Source: a virus (lineage: Duplodnaviria > Caudoviricetes). From it: DNA of 29,011 nt. A program made the translations under genes and the position numbers. Every line of letters begins with the position of its first letter. Position 1 is the first letter of the stretch. The notes under the pieces are model-generated. The model made no database searches. It was given only the letters and a program-made list of their open reading frames with translations, and had not been told where the DNA came from. The stretch covers positions 1-29,011 of IMG/VR virus record IMGVR_UViG_3300030389_002546; one strand, 5' to 3'. Shown here piece after piece: positions 1 to 8,646 of the stretch.

Positions 1-983
1 GCTTGCATAAGTTCATCACGACCACCAAGTTGTCCTTCTGTTTTTACTCCTAATAACATTGGACTTGTAACTCTATGTCCAATCATTATATTCTGTGTAA
101 GTAATTCCTGTAAAGCAACATACTGCTTATCTGCATTGCTCATACTTATTGGAGTTATCTCTGCCGCTCTATCTTTGCTATCAGAAAAAGACAAAACAAA
201 ACGTCCACTTGCTTTTTCTCCTGTAAACTTCTTTTCTATACTTCTTTCTATTTGTAAACGTTCCTCTTGTGTAGGGATTCCATTGTTAAAATTTATAAAA
301 TAACTTCCTGAGAATCCATTTTGTATATTGTTGAGATGAAATTCGCTGACTTTTTGGTCAATAAGTGCCCAATTACAACAAGAACTATAGTCAGGAGTAT
401 AATACATTTCCATATTTGGACTATATAGACCAGTATATAATATCTGACTAGGACTTGTCCTATCGTTCATACTAAATGCAGGAATTTCTTGTGGTTTATT
501 TTTTCTTGTATTTTTCCAATCTGCGCTTATATAATATTTATCCACTCTGCCCATTTCGTTTGGTAATCCTACTCTTAGTCTTTCTACAGGTATATGATAT
601 ATCTCGCTTATTTCTGTTCTGTCTTTACTCCATATAATATTTAATGCAAAACCACCTTGGAGTTTAAAGTCAAAGGCGCATTTTTTTATAACCTCATGTA
701 GTGTTTCATTACTATTTGCATTTGCTATGAATTTTTGTAGCTTAACATATGCCTCTAAGTTATCTGTTTCTTCTGCAACTATTTCTTGACCTGCTATCAT
801 TTCGCTTGTAGCATTTATGATTGCTGCATGGGTTGAGCTATTATAATATAAATCTATTAGAAATTGTGGATATAAATTTCTATATTCATCTGTTCCATAT
901 TCTATATAATCTTTACCTCTTATTTCTTGTATAATCGGAGCTGTTGATGTTTCTAAATTTATATTTATAAGATTATCTTTCAT
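1..983 (-). CDS. Portal protein, N-terminal part (runs off window start and continues at 29011)
   Basis: Hand-translated from ATG at 983 (ATGA overlap with the 980..1225 stop): MKDNLININLETSTAPIIQEIRGKDYIEYGTDEYRNLYPQFLIDLYYNSSTHAAII...FHLNNIQNGFSGSYFINFNNGIP...QNIMIGHRVTSPMLLGVKTEGQLGGRDELMQA, open to position 1. Motifs resemble Bacteroidota phage portals. Confidence 0.85.
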   Translation of the reverse strand, partial: MKDNLININLETSTAPIIQEIRGKDYIEYGTDEYRNLYPQFLIDLYYNSSTHAAIINATSEMIAGQEIVAEETDNLEAYVKLQKFIANANSNETLHEVIKKCAFDFKLQGGFALNIIWSKDRTEISEIYHIPVERLRVGLPNEMGRVDKYYISADWKNTRKNKPQEIPAFSMNDRTSPSQILYTGLYSPNMEMYYTPDYSSCCNWALIDQKVSEFHLNNIQNGFSGSYFINFNNGIPTQEERLQIERSIEKKFTGEKASGRFVLSFSDSKDRAAEITPISMSNADKQYVALQELLTQNIMIGHRVTSPMLLGVKTEGQLGGRDELMQ

Positions 984-1225
984 ATTTGTGATTTCCAATT
1001 GTCGTTATTTAATGCAACTTTAATTTCTGCATGTGTATAAGTATCTACATCATTTAAGAATATAGGTGTAGGTCCAATCCATTTTACTAAAAAATATTGA
1101 CCATCATTAGATAATCTTAAAGTAGGTTTACCTTCTTCTATTACTTGTGAAAAATCAAAGATAGGCTCACCATCTGCAGTAACCTCATCTAATAATTCTA
1201 TATTACATATTGCGTATTTCATCAT
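980..1225 (-). CDS. Hypothetical protein (81 aa)
   Basis: ORF coupled by ATGA overlaps to both neighbours in the structural operon. Confidence 0.75.
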   Translation of the reverse strand: MMKYAICNIELLDEVTADGEPIFDFSQVIEEGKPTLRLSNDGQYFLVKWIGPTPIFLNDVDTYTHAEIKVALNNDNWKSQI

Positions 1226-2406
1226 GGAGTATCGTTTGTTAAATCTGTTTTTATCATATTAGTCATTATACCTGCACCACCTAACACTTTTCTAAAAGTA
1301 ACATTAGTAATTATGCCACTAAATGAGGCTATTCCATACACTTGTAAAGCATGATTTCCTGTATATTGTGGTTGCATATATGATTTAATTGTTACTGATT
1401 TATTTAATTCTGTGCTAGTGTATCTACCTGTTGTAGTATTTGTATTATCACTAACTAAATCTCCAAATAAATTTGTTTGTCCTGTTCCACTTAGATATTC
1501 TCTTGTATATGCAACTTCATATATTGCATATTGCTCTACTGCTATTGTTTGACTTATTTGAGAGTTATCTGTTTGCTCTGCATCTCTTATTGCTCTATTG
1601 TTAGGAGCATCTATTGTCCAACCAGAAGCTGTAAACCAACCTGCACCCTCTTCTCCTGCTGGTATGCTAAAATCTCCATTTACTACTAAATTATCTCCTA
1701 AAAGTGGTTTTTTCATATTAAGAATAATTCCTCTAGTTAAACCGGTAGATGTTGAACCTGTTTCTTGGAAAAATTTGTCAAAATTACCATCTCCAAATAA
1801 GTAACAAAATTCTATGTTAGATGGATTATAGATATTATCATTTATACTTCTATTTCCATGCATTGGATTTATAGGTTTTCCTGCATTATATATTGCTCTT
1901 ACTTCGTCTAATGATAATGCTCTAGAAACTCCTGTAAGTTGTAATATTTTACCTTGGAAAAAATTATGTGGAGAAGTAAAAGACCTAGAGCCAATCCTTG
2001 CATGTGTCGTTGTTGATATAGTTTCACTCACAGATGCCGACTTAACTAAAGATGCGTTTATATATATTTTAGCAGTAGAGCCATCATAAGTACAAGCAAA
2101 ATGGAACCATGTGCCAGTAGATACTGCAGATGTAGTTTCTGTAATTGTACTATTTAAGACATAACGCATTTTTTCATTTCCTATACAAAACACTAATATT
2201 CCATCTCCATTTGTATCTCGTATATCTATTATTGTTTTGCTATCGCTATCATCTACAACTTTAACCCAACCAAATATACTGTGAACTGTATGACTAAAAG
2301 TTTGGTTAGTATCTATATAAGCATCGTCGCCATCAAAACTTACCGACTTACTTGGTTTATATTCTGTAACGATATTAGAGTTAAAAGAATGGTTTCTTGC
2401 TAACAT
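1222..2406 (-). CDS. LamG/concanavalin-A-like virion protein with a CBM-like module (putative receptor-binding protein)
   Basis: LamG signatures SVSFDGDDAYID, WFHFACTYDGSTAKIYIN, FFQGKI and ALSLDEVRAIYNAG, plus a CBM-like NLVVNGDFS...GW segment. Start re-called at ATG 2406 (TAATG overlap) instead of 2451. Confidence 0.75.
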   Translation of the reverse strand: MLARNHSFNSNIVTEYKPSKSVSFDGDDAYIDTNQTFSHTVHSIFGWVKVVDDSDSKTIIDIRDTNGDGILVFCIGNEKMRYVLNSTITETTSAVSTGTWFHFACTYDGSTAKIYINASLVKSASVSETISTTTHARIGSRSFTSPHNFFQGKILQLTGVSRALSLDEVRAIYNAGKPINPMHGNRSINDNIYNPSNIEFCYLFGDGNFDKFFQETGSTSTGLTRGIILNMKKPLLGDNLVVNGDFSIPAGEEGAGWFTASGWTIDAPNNRAIRDAEQTDNSQISQTIAVEQYAIYEVAYTREYLSGTGQTNLFGDLVSDNTNTTTGRYTSTELNKSVTIKSYMQPQYTGNHALQVYGIASFSGIITNVTFRKVLGGAGIMTNMIKTDLTNDTP

Positions 2407-2693
2407 TATTGTCCTGTTAAGCCATCTAATTCTGTATAACCTATACCACAACCACTTTCTAATTGTATTGCAGTAAATCTTCCTTGTAGGATTGTTCCTG
2501 CAGGTAAGACTAAATCTACTAAGTTATTTGCATTTGTAAAATTAGCTACGGTTAAGCTAGATATTGTACTTTGTACAGGAAAATGAATTAAGTAAAAATC
2601 TTTACCTGTTTGTGCCGCAGTTGTGAAAACTTCTGCAGAACCTTTTCCAAGCATTTCTCTTAGTAAGTTATTATTTGTATCTGATATTGACAT
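2406..2693 (-). CDS. Hypothetical virion-associated protein (95 aa)
   Basis: Coupled ORF in the structural operon; beta-rich sequence. Confidence 0.65.
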   Translation of the reverse strand: MSISDTNNNLLREMLGKGSAEVFTTAAQTGKDFYLIHFPVQSTISSLTVANFTNANNLVDLVLPAGTILQGRFTAIQLESGCGIGYTELDGLTGQ

Positions 2694-3175
2694 TAGTTTA
2701 TATGTATATAGTTAGTACTAGTTGTTTCTTCATATTGCGTATATCTTACTTGTTCGCTTCCAGATGTTTCACTAACAAGTAATTTACCTTGCTCCACTAA
2801 ACCTTTTATTGTTCCATGTGTTCCACTTGTATCGTTTGCAGTATCAGTTTCGTTCATAGGTGCAGTATTTACGTCTAAGGTTGGAACTGTACCATTAAAA
2901 CTAACTTCATAAAGTTCGTACTTCCAAAAACCATAAGGTTTTAAATTTACACGACCAGATGCTATCCTCTCTGTTGTGTTATGCTCAAATTCTAACTTTG
3001 TAAATCTATCATTTAGTGTTTGGTTTTGTCCATATGCATATTTTACAGAACCAGATAAATCGTTTGTAAATTTAGCTAAAAAACGTATTTGTGAACTTGG
3101 AACAGATGTATCTATTCTCTTATCCTCTGTTGAGAAATAAAAAACGCCATTCTGTCCATAAGTTATGTGTTGCAT
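2693..3175 (-). CDS. Hypothetical structural protein (160 aa)
   Basis: Clean ORF preceded by the TTTCTATTTAAG motif; TAATG overlap with the next gene. Confidence 0.7.
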   Translation of the reverse strand: MQHITYGQNGVFYFSTEDKRIDTSVPSSQIRFLAKFTNDLSGSVKYAYGQNQTLNDRFTKLEFEHNTTERIASGRVNLKPYGFWKYELYEVSFNGTVPTLDVNTAPMNETDTANDTSGTHGTIKGLVEQGKLLVSETSGSEQVRYTQYEETTSTNYIHIN

Positions 3176-3178
3176 ATA

Positions 3179-3190
3179 CTTAAATAGAAA
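3179..3190 (-). promoter_or_regulatory. Candidate late-promoter motif TTTCTATTTAAG
   Basis: Identical 12-mer at 15453-15464; both copies lie 3 nt upstream of an ATG. This copy follows a terminator. Confidence 0.5.
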
Positions 3191-3214
3191 ATTAGTTAAT
3201 TTATTTTGACTAAT

Positions 3215-3242
3215 AAAAAAAAAGAGGGCATATAGCCCTCTC
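3215..3242 (-). terminator. Rho-independent terminator after the tail tube gene
   Basis: Minus strand reads GAGGGC-TATAT-GCCCTC followed by a T9 run. Confidence 0.85.
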
Positions 3243-3262
3243 CTTTATCATGAAAACATAGT

Positions 3263-3814
3263 TTAGTCTGCATCAACTGTTACAGTAAATGCAGTATTGT
3301 CAAATGGTGCATCAGTATAACCTGCAACTTCTTTGCATGGCTCTGGCTCTTGACCCTCAAAAGTCAAATCATAACCATTCATATCTCCTAGCGCCACTCC
3401 ACTAGCACTAGTTCCTGCAGATAACTCCATACCATTATGTTCGCCACAACACCATATTCTAGTAAGACCAGTTGGTTTTGTGCTGTTTGTTTCTACAAAT
3501 ATTATTAATCTATTTTGTGCTAATAATTTTATTTCGTTTCTATCATCAGCAGTCATATTGTGCAATTTGATATTTATAGATGGAGTGTAGAAAACTGTAC
3601 CATTCTCAGAACTAGGATTTATTGTTTCTGTGAAACTACCTGTTCCTCTTTTTAATTTGTACTTTCTCAATGATGCAGTTAAGTCTATATCGCTAATAAA
3701 ACCACCTGCACTTGCTAATGTTGCTTTATCGTACTCAATAAAATAAACCGCTTTTATTCCACCGACAGCATCTCTACAGTCTAAACCACGTCCTTTTGTT
3801 AAATCACATGCCAT
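3263..3814 (-). CDS. Putative major tail (tube) protein
   Basis: Start re-called at ATG 3814 (MACDLTKGRGLDCRDAVGGIKAVYF). ENGTVFY and GDMNGYDLTFEGQE motifs are typical of the gene following the capsid gene in Bacteroidota siphophages. Confidence 0.65.
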   Translation of the reverse strand: MACDLTKGRGLDCRDAVGGIKAVYFIEYDKATLASAGGFISDIDLTASLRKYKLKRGTGSFTETINPSSENGTVFYTPSINIKLHNMTADDRNEIKLLAQNRLIIFVETNSTKPTGLTRIWCCGEHNGMELSAGTSASGVALGDMNGYDLTFEGQEPEPCKEVAGYTDAPFDNTAFTVTVDAD

Positions 3815-3836
3815 ATTATATAGTTTTAGGCAATTA

Positions 3837-3859
3837 GATGAGGGTATAAAACCCCCATC
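3837..3859 (-). promoter_or_regulatory. Intergenic hairpin between capsid and tail tube genes
   Basis: Minus strand GATGGGGGT-TTTAT-ACCCTCATC (9-bp stem with one G-U pair); no U-tract. Confidence 0.55.
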
Positions 3860-3874
3860 CTTTTGCATTAATTA

Positions 3875-4798
3875 TTAGTCTAAAAGAACAACGTCTGCTC
3901 CTTGTGCCACTTGCACTCCTGCTGTAAACTTAGCAACCACTCTGATATTGTCAGAACCATCTAAGTCAGACATATCTAACATTCTAATTTCTGTGTGGTC
4001 AGATACTAAATCTGTTCCAAAGAATAAATTAGACTTCTGTGCTGCTACCATTCTGTCTGCTTGCATACCTGGACAAACTGCAATCTTAACACCATTATAC
4101 ATAGGAACGAAAGCGTCATTCATGTTGTATAATTGTTGGAATCCTGCATTTGCTTGGTTCTCTAGGTAAAATCTATAAGCAGTCGTACTCATGTAGATAT
4201 ATAAATCTTCTTTTGAGTATACTGCTGCAGGTATTGCATTTACTAAAGTAGTTAAATTAGTAACGATATTTGTAGAGCTAAATGCTCCTGTTGCTTTGTC
4301 TGCCTGTGTAACTGTTGCATCTACACTTCCTATAAGTAAACCTACAGTATCATGTAAATATCCAGTAAAGCCACCTGCATTAGCATCATTACCATGCCAG
4401 ATATTAGCTTCAACATGGTCTGCTATTGTAGCTGATAGATACGAAACTACAAACGCTGCAAAGTCGTCAGACATATCTCTGTTATGTGCACCTGCCGCCA
4501 TTTGTGCTGCTTGCCAATCTGATAGTAAATCTTTTTTACATAAATCTACATTAATTTGTAATTCTTTTGGATTTAGGACTTTCTCTGATAAAGTTAAAGT
4601 TCCTGCATCTGTAAAATCACAAGTAGCATCTGCAATCATTGATGATGTACTTACATTTGTTATATTTCTCTTGTATTTTATATTCTCAAGAATTGTTAAA
4701 TTTTCTAACGACTTAGCAGAACGTAACGCTGCGCCAATATACTGACCGGCATGTTCGCCACTATAGTTAGAAGTAATCGGTGATGTATTAAAACCCAT
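3875..4798 (-). CDS. Major capsid protein
   Basis: 307 aa, directly after protease and scaffold. Motifs ENIKYK, DATCDFTDAGTLTLSEKVLNPKELQINVDLCK and NLFFGTDL...DGSDNIRVVAKFTAGVQ. Confidence 0.85.
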   Translation of the reverse strand: MGFNTSPITSNYSGEHAGQYIGAALRSAKSLENLTILENIKYKRNITNVSTSSMIADATCDFTDAGTLTLSEKVLNPKELQINVDLCKKDLLSDWQAAQMAAGAHNRDMSDDFAAFVVSYLSATIADHVEANIWHGNDANAGGFTGYLHDTVGLLIGSVDATVTQADKATGAFSSTNIVTNLTTLVNAIPAAVYSKEDLYIYMSTTAYRFYLENQANAGFQQLYNMNDAFVPMYNGVKIAVCPGMQADRMVAAQKSNLFFGTDLVSDHTEIRMLDMSDLDGSDNIRVVAKFTAGVQVAQGADVVLLD

Positions 4799-4817
4799 TT
4801 TCTTTTATTTTTAATTA

Positions 4818-5468
4818 TTATTTATTTAAGTTAAAGAAAAATCTTTCTTTGCTACTCATAGCATTGTAAGGTTTTCCTTTAGGTACTTGTGTCTCGCTAA
4901 ATTTAGAAACTCCTACAGGTGTTGTAGCAGGTTCTTTACTTAACTCAGTTATTTGACTTTGCAATTCTGCTTTTTCTGTTTCTAATTGCTCTGTCATTTC
5001 TTTTAGGTCAGTATTTTCTCCTTTCATTTCTTTAAGTTCTGCATCTAGTCTGTCTAAATCTGACTTTACTTCTGCTAATAACTCCTTAATAACTGCTCCT
5101 ATTTCGTTTATAAGACCCTCTTTGTCAAATTCTACATTTTCTGACATTTCTTCTTTGTCTTTATAACCCATTTCATCTTCTTCTTCCTCTTCCTCTAACT
5201 CATCTTCTTCTTTTTCTCCAACTTCTGCTACGATACCTTCTTCTTCTACTGTAAAAGAAACTCCATCTTCTGTTTCATAGTTTCCTACAGGTAAAGGCAT
5301 TGTAGTGCCATCTTCTGCAAGTATCATTATAGATATACCTGCTTCTAATTCCTCTGCTTCAGATACAACTATTGTACCATCCACAAGTTTTGCTTGCATA
5401 GCTAAGTTTAGAGTTTCTACTTCTTCCTCTAAACCTAGTGCTACTCTTATTTGTTTTTTAATATCCAT
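4818..5468 (-). CDS. Putative capsid scaffolding protein
   Basis: Very acidic with a coiled-coil C-half; lies between protease and capsid genes; PLPVGNYETEDG motif. Confidence 0.65.
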   Translation of the reverse strand: MDIKKQIRVALGLEEEVETLNLAMQAKLVDGTIVVSEAEELEAGISIMILAEDGTTMPLPVGNYETEDGVSFTVEEEGIVAEVGEKEEDELEEEEEEDEMGYKDKEEMSENVEFDKEGLINEIGAVIKELLAEVKSDLDRLDAELKEMKGENTDLKEMTEQLETEKAELQSQITELSKEPATTPVGVSKFSETQVPKGKPYNAMSSKERFFFNLNK

Positions 5469-5483
5469 GGTATTTTTTTTATT

Positions 5484-5494
5484 TTAAATAGAAT
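5484..5494 (-). promoter_or_regulatory. Candidate late-promoter motif variant ATTCTATTTAA upstream of scaffold/capsid genes
   Basis: Shares TTCTATTTAA with 3180-3189 and 15454-15463; AAAC lies about 13 nt upstream, as at the 15453 site. Confidence 0.4.
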
Positions 5495-6134
5495 CTTTCT
5501 TTTTTTGTTTCATTTTCATACTATCTTTTTCGCTTTCCTCTATAATATCTCGTAAAGCAACAAGAATATCTTTTTTGTTTATAACAGGTTTAGACATTTT
5601 TTCCATTTTATCAACGAAATATCCCTCTATGCTTAAACCTTTTAACTCGCCACTCTTTATCCTACTCCATAACTCTTTATTTTCTATTTTCATTTTCACA
5701 AACCATGTTCCATCTGGTAAGTCAAAACCATATAGTTTAGATTTGTCCATATCGCCCTCTTTTATCCAACTTTCAACTGTAAGTACACCTGCTACTCTAT
5801 CTTCGTGTTGGTATGTTGCTTTATGATGATTATTGTATTTAAGATACAATTCAGACGCTTTCCTAACAGTTTCCTTACTAAAGTATACATAATAGTCGCT
5901 ATCTGTATTTGGATTGTATCGTAGTATTTGTTTATTTGGTATTAGTGCAGGACTAATGAGTATCTGTTTATCATCATCTGTTTTAGCAAAAGTTAAATTA
6001 TTCTTTTCTTTGCCAAAGAATATAAAGTCCACTTCAATTGCAGGACTTGTTACTAAACTTATAGCATCTATTGATAATTCTTCATTTTCTTCGCTAATTA
6101 CTAATTCTGTTATTTTGGTATATTTCTTTTTCAT
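5484..6134 (-). CDS. Prohead protease, XkdF-like serine peptidase
   Basis: Motifs AISLVTSPAIE, LISPALIPNKQI, FSKETVRKA, VESWI, LPDGTWFVKMKI and GELKGLSIEG. Confidence 0.8.
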   Translation of the reverse strand: MKKKYTKITELVISEENEELSIDAISLVTSPAIEVDFIFFGKEKNNLTFAKTDDDKQILISPALIPNKQILRYNPNTDSDYYVYFSKETVRKASELYLKYNNHHKATYQHEDRVAGVLTVESWIKEGDMDKSKLYGFDLPDGTWFVKMKIENKELWSRIKSGELKGLSIEGYFVDKMEKMSKPVINKKDILVALRDIIEESEKDSMKMKQKKKDSI

Positions 6135-6144
6135 GGTTTTTTAT

Positions 6145-7749
6145 TTATATGGTTGCTCTACGTCTAATATTTGCTAATTTATTTTGGTTATTGGTAATAT
6201 CATCACTAACTACATACGCTCTTTGTGGTTCTATATCTGTCGTTCCACCTAACTCAAAATTTCCACTAACTAATCTTGGTGCAGGTGTGTTAGTTGGAGT
6301 TGGTGCATTACCACCACCGCCACCGCCACCACCACCTTTAACTTTGGTAGATAATATTTTTCTTACATTTGCTAATCCTGCTACTATAACTGCTGCGCTT
6401 GTTAGAAAACCTGCTACGCCACCTTGTGCAAATGCCTTTGTAGCACCTGCGTAAGTATCTATCGTTGCTGATGCAACTGCTAATGCTTTGTTATCTCCTG
6501 CGAGTGATGATGTAGCTGATGCTAATGATGATAAACCACCAATAATTGCATCATTTTTTGCCTGTGTTGCTTTTTTCTCTGCATCTGTTTCTGCATCTCT
6601 TTGTTTATCCCTTTGTGCTTTAAATTTATCTCTTATTGCTTGTATCTCGCTCTCTTGTGCCTCTGTTAATTCTGCTGTATCTATTCCTAATTGTTTTTGT
6701 CCTTCAATTATTGCAAAATACTTATCATATACTGCATTTATTTGTTGCTGTTCTGCATCCAATTGTGAATTATAGTATTTGTCAAGTATAGTAGTTGCAT
6801 CTGTGGTTAATTTGTCTAATCTTTGTTGTTCTAAGTCAATGAGTTCTTGTTGTAACGCCATCTGTGCTTTTAACCTATTTTGTTCCTCTGTATTTATTTC
6901 ATTTTGTAACGCATTTACCTCTGTAATAACTCGCCTACGTAATCTTGCAGAGTTAGTTTCTGCATTTATTACTTGTGTCTTTAATTGCGCTAACTCTCTT
7001 TCATCTTCTGCACTATTTTCGCTAAGTTTCATTTCTTCTTCTTTTATTTTCATTCTTTCTCTTGCTAACTCCAACTCTCTTTTGGTCGTTTGTTCTTCTA
7101 AGTCTAGTGCTAATTTTAGGTTTTTTAGTCTTTCTGCCGCAGATAAACTCTCATCTTCTGCTAATAGCCTTGCTTGTTCTATTTGCTTACGAGTTTCTGC
7201 TTTCTGTATCATAAAATCATTTTCTGCATCTCTTAACTCGTTTGTTCTTACTTTTAAGTCCATCATTGCTTGACTTTCATTTTTTATCTCATCCACCACG
7301 CCTTTAAATGAGTTTTTTAGTAAATCAGCACCTTGTTTAAATTCTCCGCTAAAAATCAATGTTAATCCCTCACCAAACGAGCTAATTCTATCTCTTAACA
7401 CATCAAAAGTGGCTCTTATACCTGTTAAAGCAACATTAAATTGGTCTGCTCCTCTTTTCGTATTGGTAAAGAAACCTGCTAATGAACCTATTGCTACAAC
7501 AAAGGCACCAATACCTGTACTAATTAAACCTGCTCTTATAGTAGCAAATGATGCTTTAGCTATACCTTTCATCTTAGTAAATCCTGCTCCTATATCATTT
7601 AAGCTAACTCCAAACATTCTAAAATTACCTAAAGTATCTTTTGCTTCATTATTTACTTCTTTTACCTCTTTTTTTAAGTCTTTTGTTTCCTTAGTGGCAC
7701 TTTTTATGCCTTGACTTTCTATTTTATATACTCCTATTGTTTCACTCAT
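6145..7749 (-). CDS. Tape-measure-like protein
   Basis: 534 aa; hydrophobic ALISTGIGAFVVAIG-type segment (here AGLISTGIGAFVVAIG), long coiled coil, Ala/Gly-rich region, poly-Gly linker and a C-terminal RAYVVSDDITNNQ motif. Confidence 0.7.
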   Translation of the reverse strand: MSETIGVYKIESQGIKSATKETKDLKKEVKEVNNEAKDTLGNFRMFGVSLNDIGAGFTKMKGIAKASFATIRAGLISTGIGAFVVAIGSLAGFFTNTKRGADQFNVALTGIRATFDVLRDRISSFGEGLTLIFSGEFKQGADLLKNSFKGVVDEIKNESQAMMDLKVRTNELRDAENDFMIQKAETRKQIEQARLLAEDESLSAAERLKNLKLALDLEEQTTKRELELARERMKIKEEEMKLSENSAEDERELAQLKTQVINAETNSARLRRRVITEVNALQNEINTEEQNRLKAQMALQQELIDLEQQRLDKLTTDATTILDKYYNSQLDAEQQQINAVYDKYFAIIEGQKQLGIDTAELTEAQESEIQAIRDKFKAQRDKQRDAETDAEKKATQAKNDAIIGGLSSLASATSSLAGDNKALAVASATIDTYAGATKAFAQGGVAGFLTSAAVIVAGLANVRKILSTKVKGGGGGGGGGNAPTPTNTPAPRLVSGNFELGGTTDIEPQRAYVVSDDITNNQNKLANIRRRATI

Positions 7750-7752
7750 ATC

Positions 7753-8646
7753 TTAAAAATCTATTGCTGTTTTACACGTTATCATTTTTACATTTATATA
7801 CCATTCTAAATTTATATTTGCTGACCCTTGACATTGTACAGTTAATCCACCTGCAGTCGGACTATCAGCAATAACAGGATTGGTTATATCTGTGTTATTT
7901 ATCTTATAAGTAGTCGTTTGTGTTAGACTATCTGTTGCACTATCTGTTCCTGTTTTTTGTGCGCCTTCTATTTTCCACTGGTCAAAATTACCTACTGTAC
8001 CATCTGTTCCGCCTATACAAAAACTTATAACATCAATCTCAAATATTTGGACTGAACCATTTATTTTTTGTATATAATGACTTACATCTAAATTTGTATC
8101 AGTTGCATCTATATCTCCTGTTTTTTGGACTATTGCACTATGGGATTGATTTCCTGCTGTTATTGTACTCATAAGAATAAAACTTGTTTGGAAAGAAGCA
8201 AGTCTTTCATCCAAAGTGTCAGCAGTTTCTAAATGTGTACCACCACCAATTACAAACTCTCCTCTATTTGTTGCTGTACCAAAACTACCTGTTACAAAAC
8301 AATCATTTAGTCCATTTTGTATAACATTGTTAGAGCCAATTATTAATGAGTTTTGGTTATCGCCTAAAGTTTTATTTTTTGTTCCTGTTATTATACTATT
8401 TTCTGTTCCACTTTGTGCTTCATTATTTGCACCTTTTATAGATAAAGTTTCATGCTTTGTTTGTTGTTCTCTATCTCTAGGAAACCTAAACGCATAACAA
8501 ACTCCTAAATTCTTATCAAATTCATATCCATATGCTCTACAAGTAATCTCATTTGCAAAAACATCATTTGTTCCATCTGTGAATGTAACTTCTCCTGTTG
8601 CCTCTATTACTTTCGGTTTTATTTTATATCCTCTTTTAAAGTCCAT
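7753..8646 (-). CDS. Minor tail/fibre protein
   Basis: Short G-x-x-N repeats (SIITGTKN, SLIIGSNN, CFVTGSFG) typical of beta-helical fibres; located in the tail module. Confidence 0.55.
   Translation of the reverse strand: MDFKRGYKIKPKVIEATGEVTFTDGTNDVFANEITCRAYGYEFDKNLGVCYAFRFPRDREQQTKHETLSIKGANNEAQSGTENSIITGTKNKTLGDNQNSLIIGSNNVIQNGLNDCFVTGSFGTATNRGEFVIGGGTHLETADTLDERLASFQTSFILMSTITAGNQSHSAIVQKTGDIDATDTNLDVSHYIQKINGSVQIFEIDVISFCIGGTDGTVGNFDQWKIEGAQKTGTDSATDSLTQTTTYKINNTDITNPVIADSPTAGGLTVQCQGSANINLEWYINVKMITCKTAIDF

Noticed and set aside
2407-2451. N-terminal extension of the LamG ORF
   Set aside because: It overlaps the upstream gene; the TAATG-coupled ATG at 2406 is the better start.
3815-3868. 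N-terminal extension of the tail tube ORF
   Set aside because: It runs through the intergenic hairpin; the family-like start is MACD at 3814.
6311-6336. (CCA/CCG)n repeat
   Set aside because: It encodes a poly-Gly linker in the tape-measure-like protein and is not a separate repeat element.
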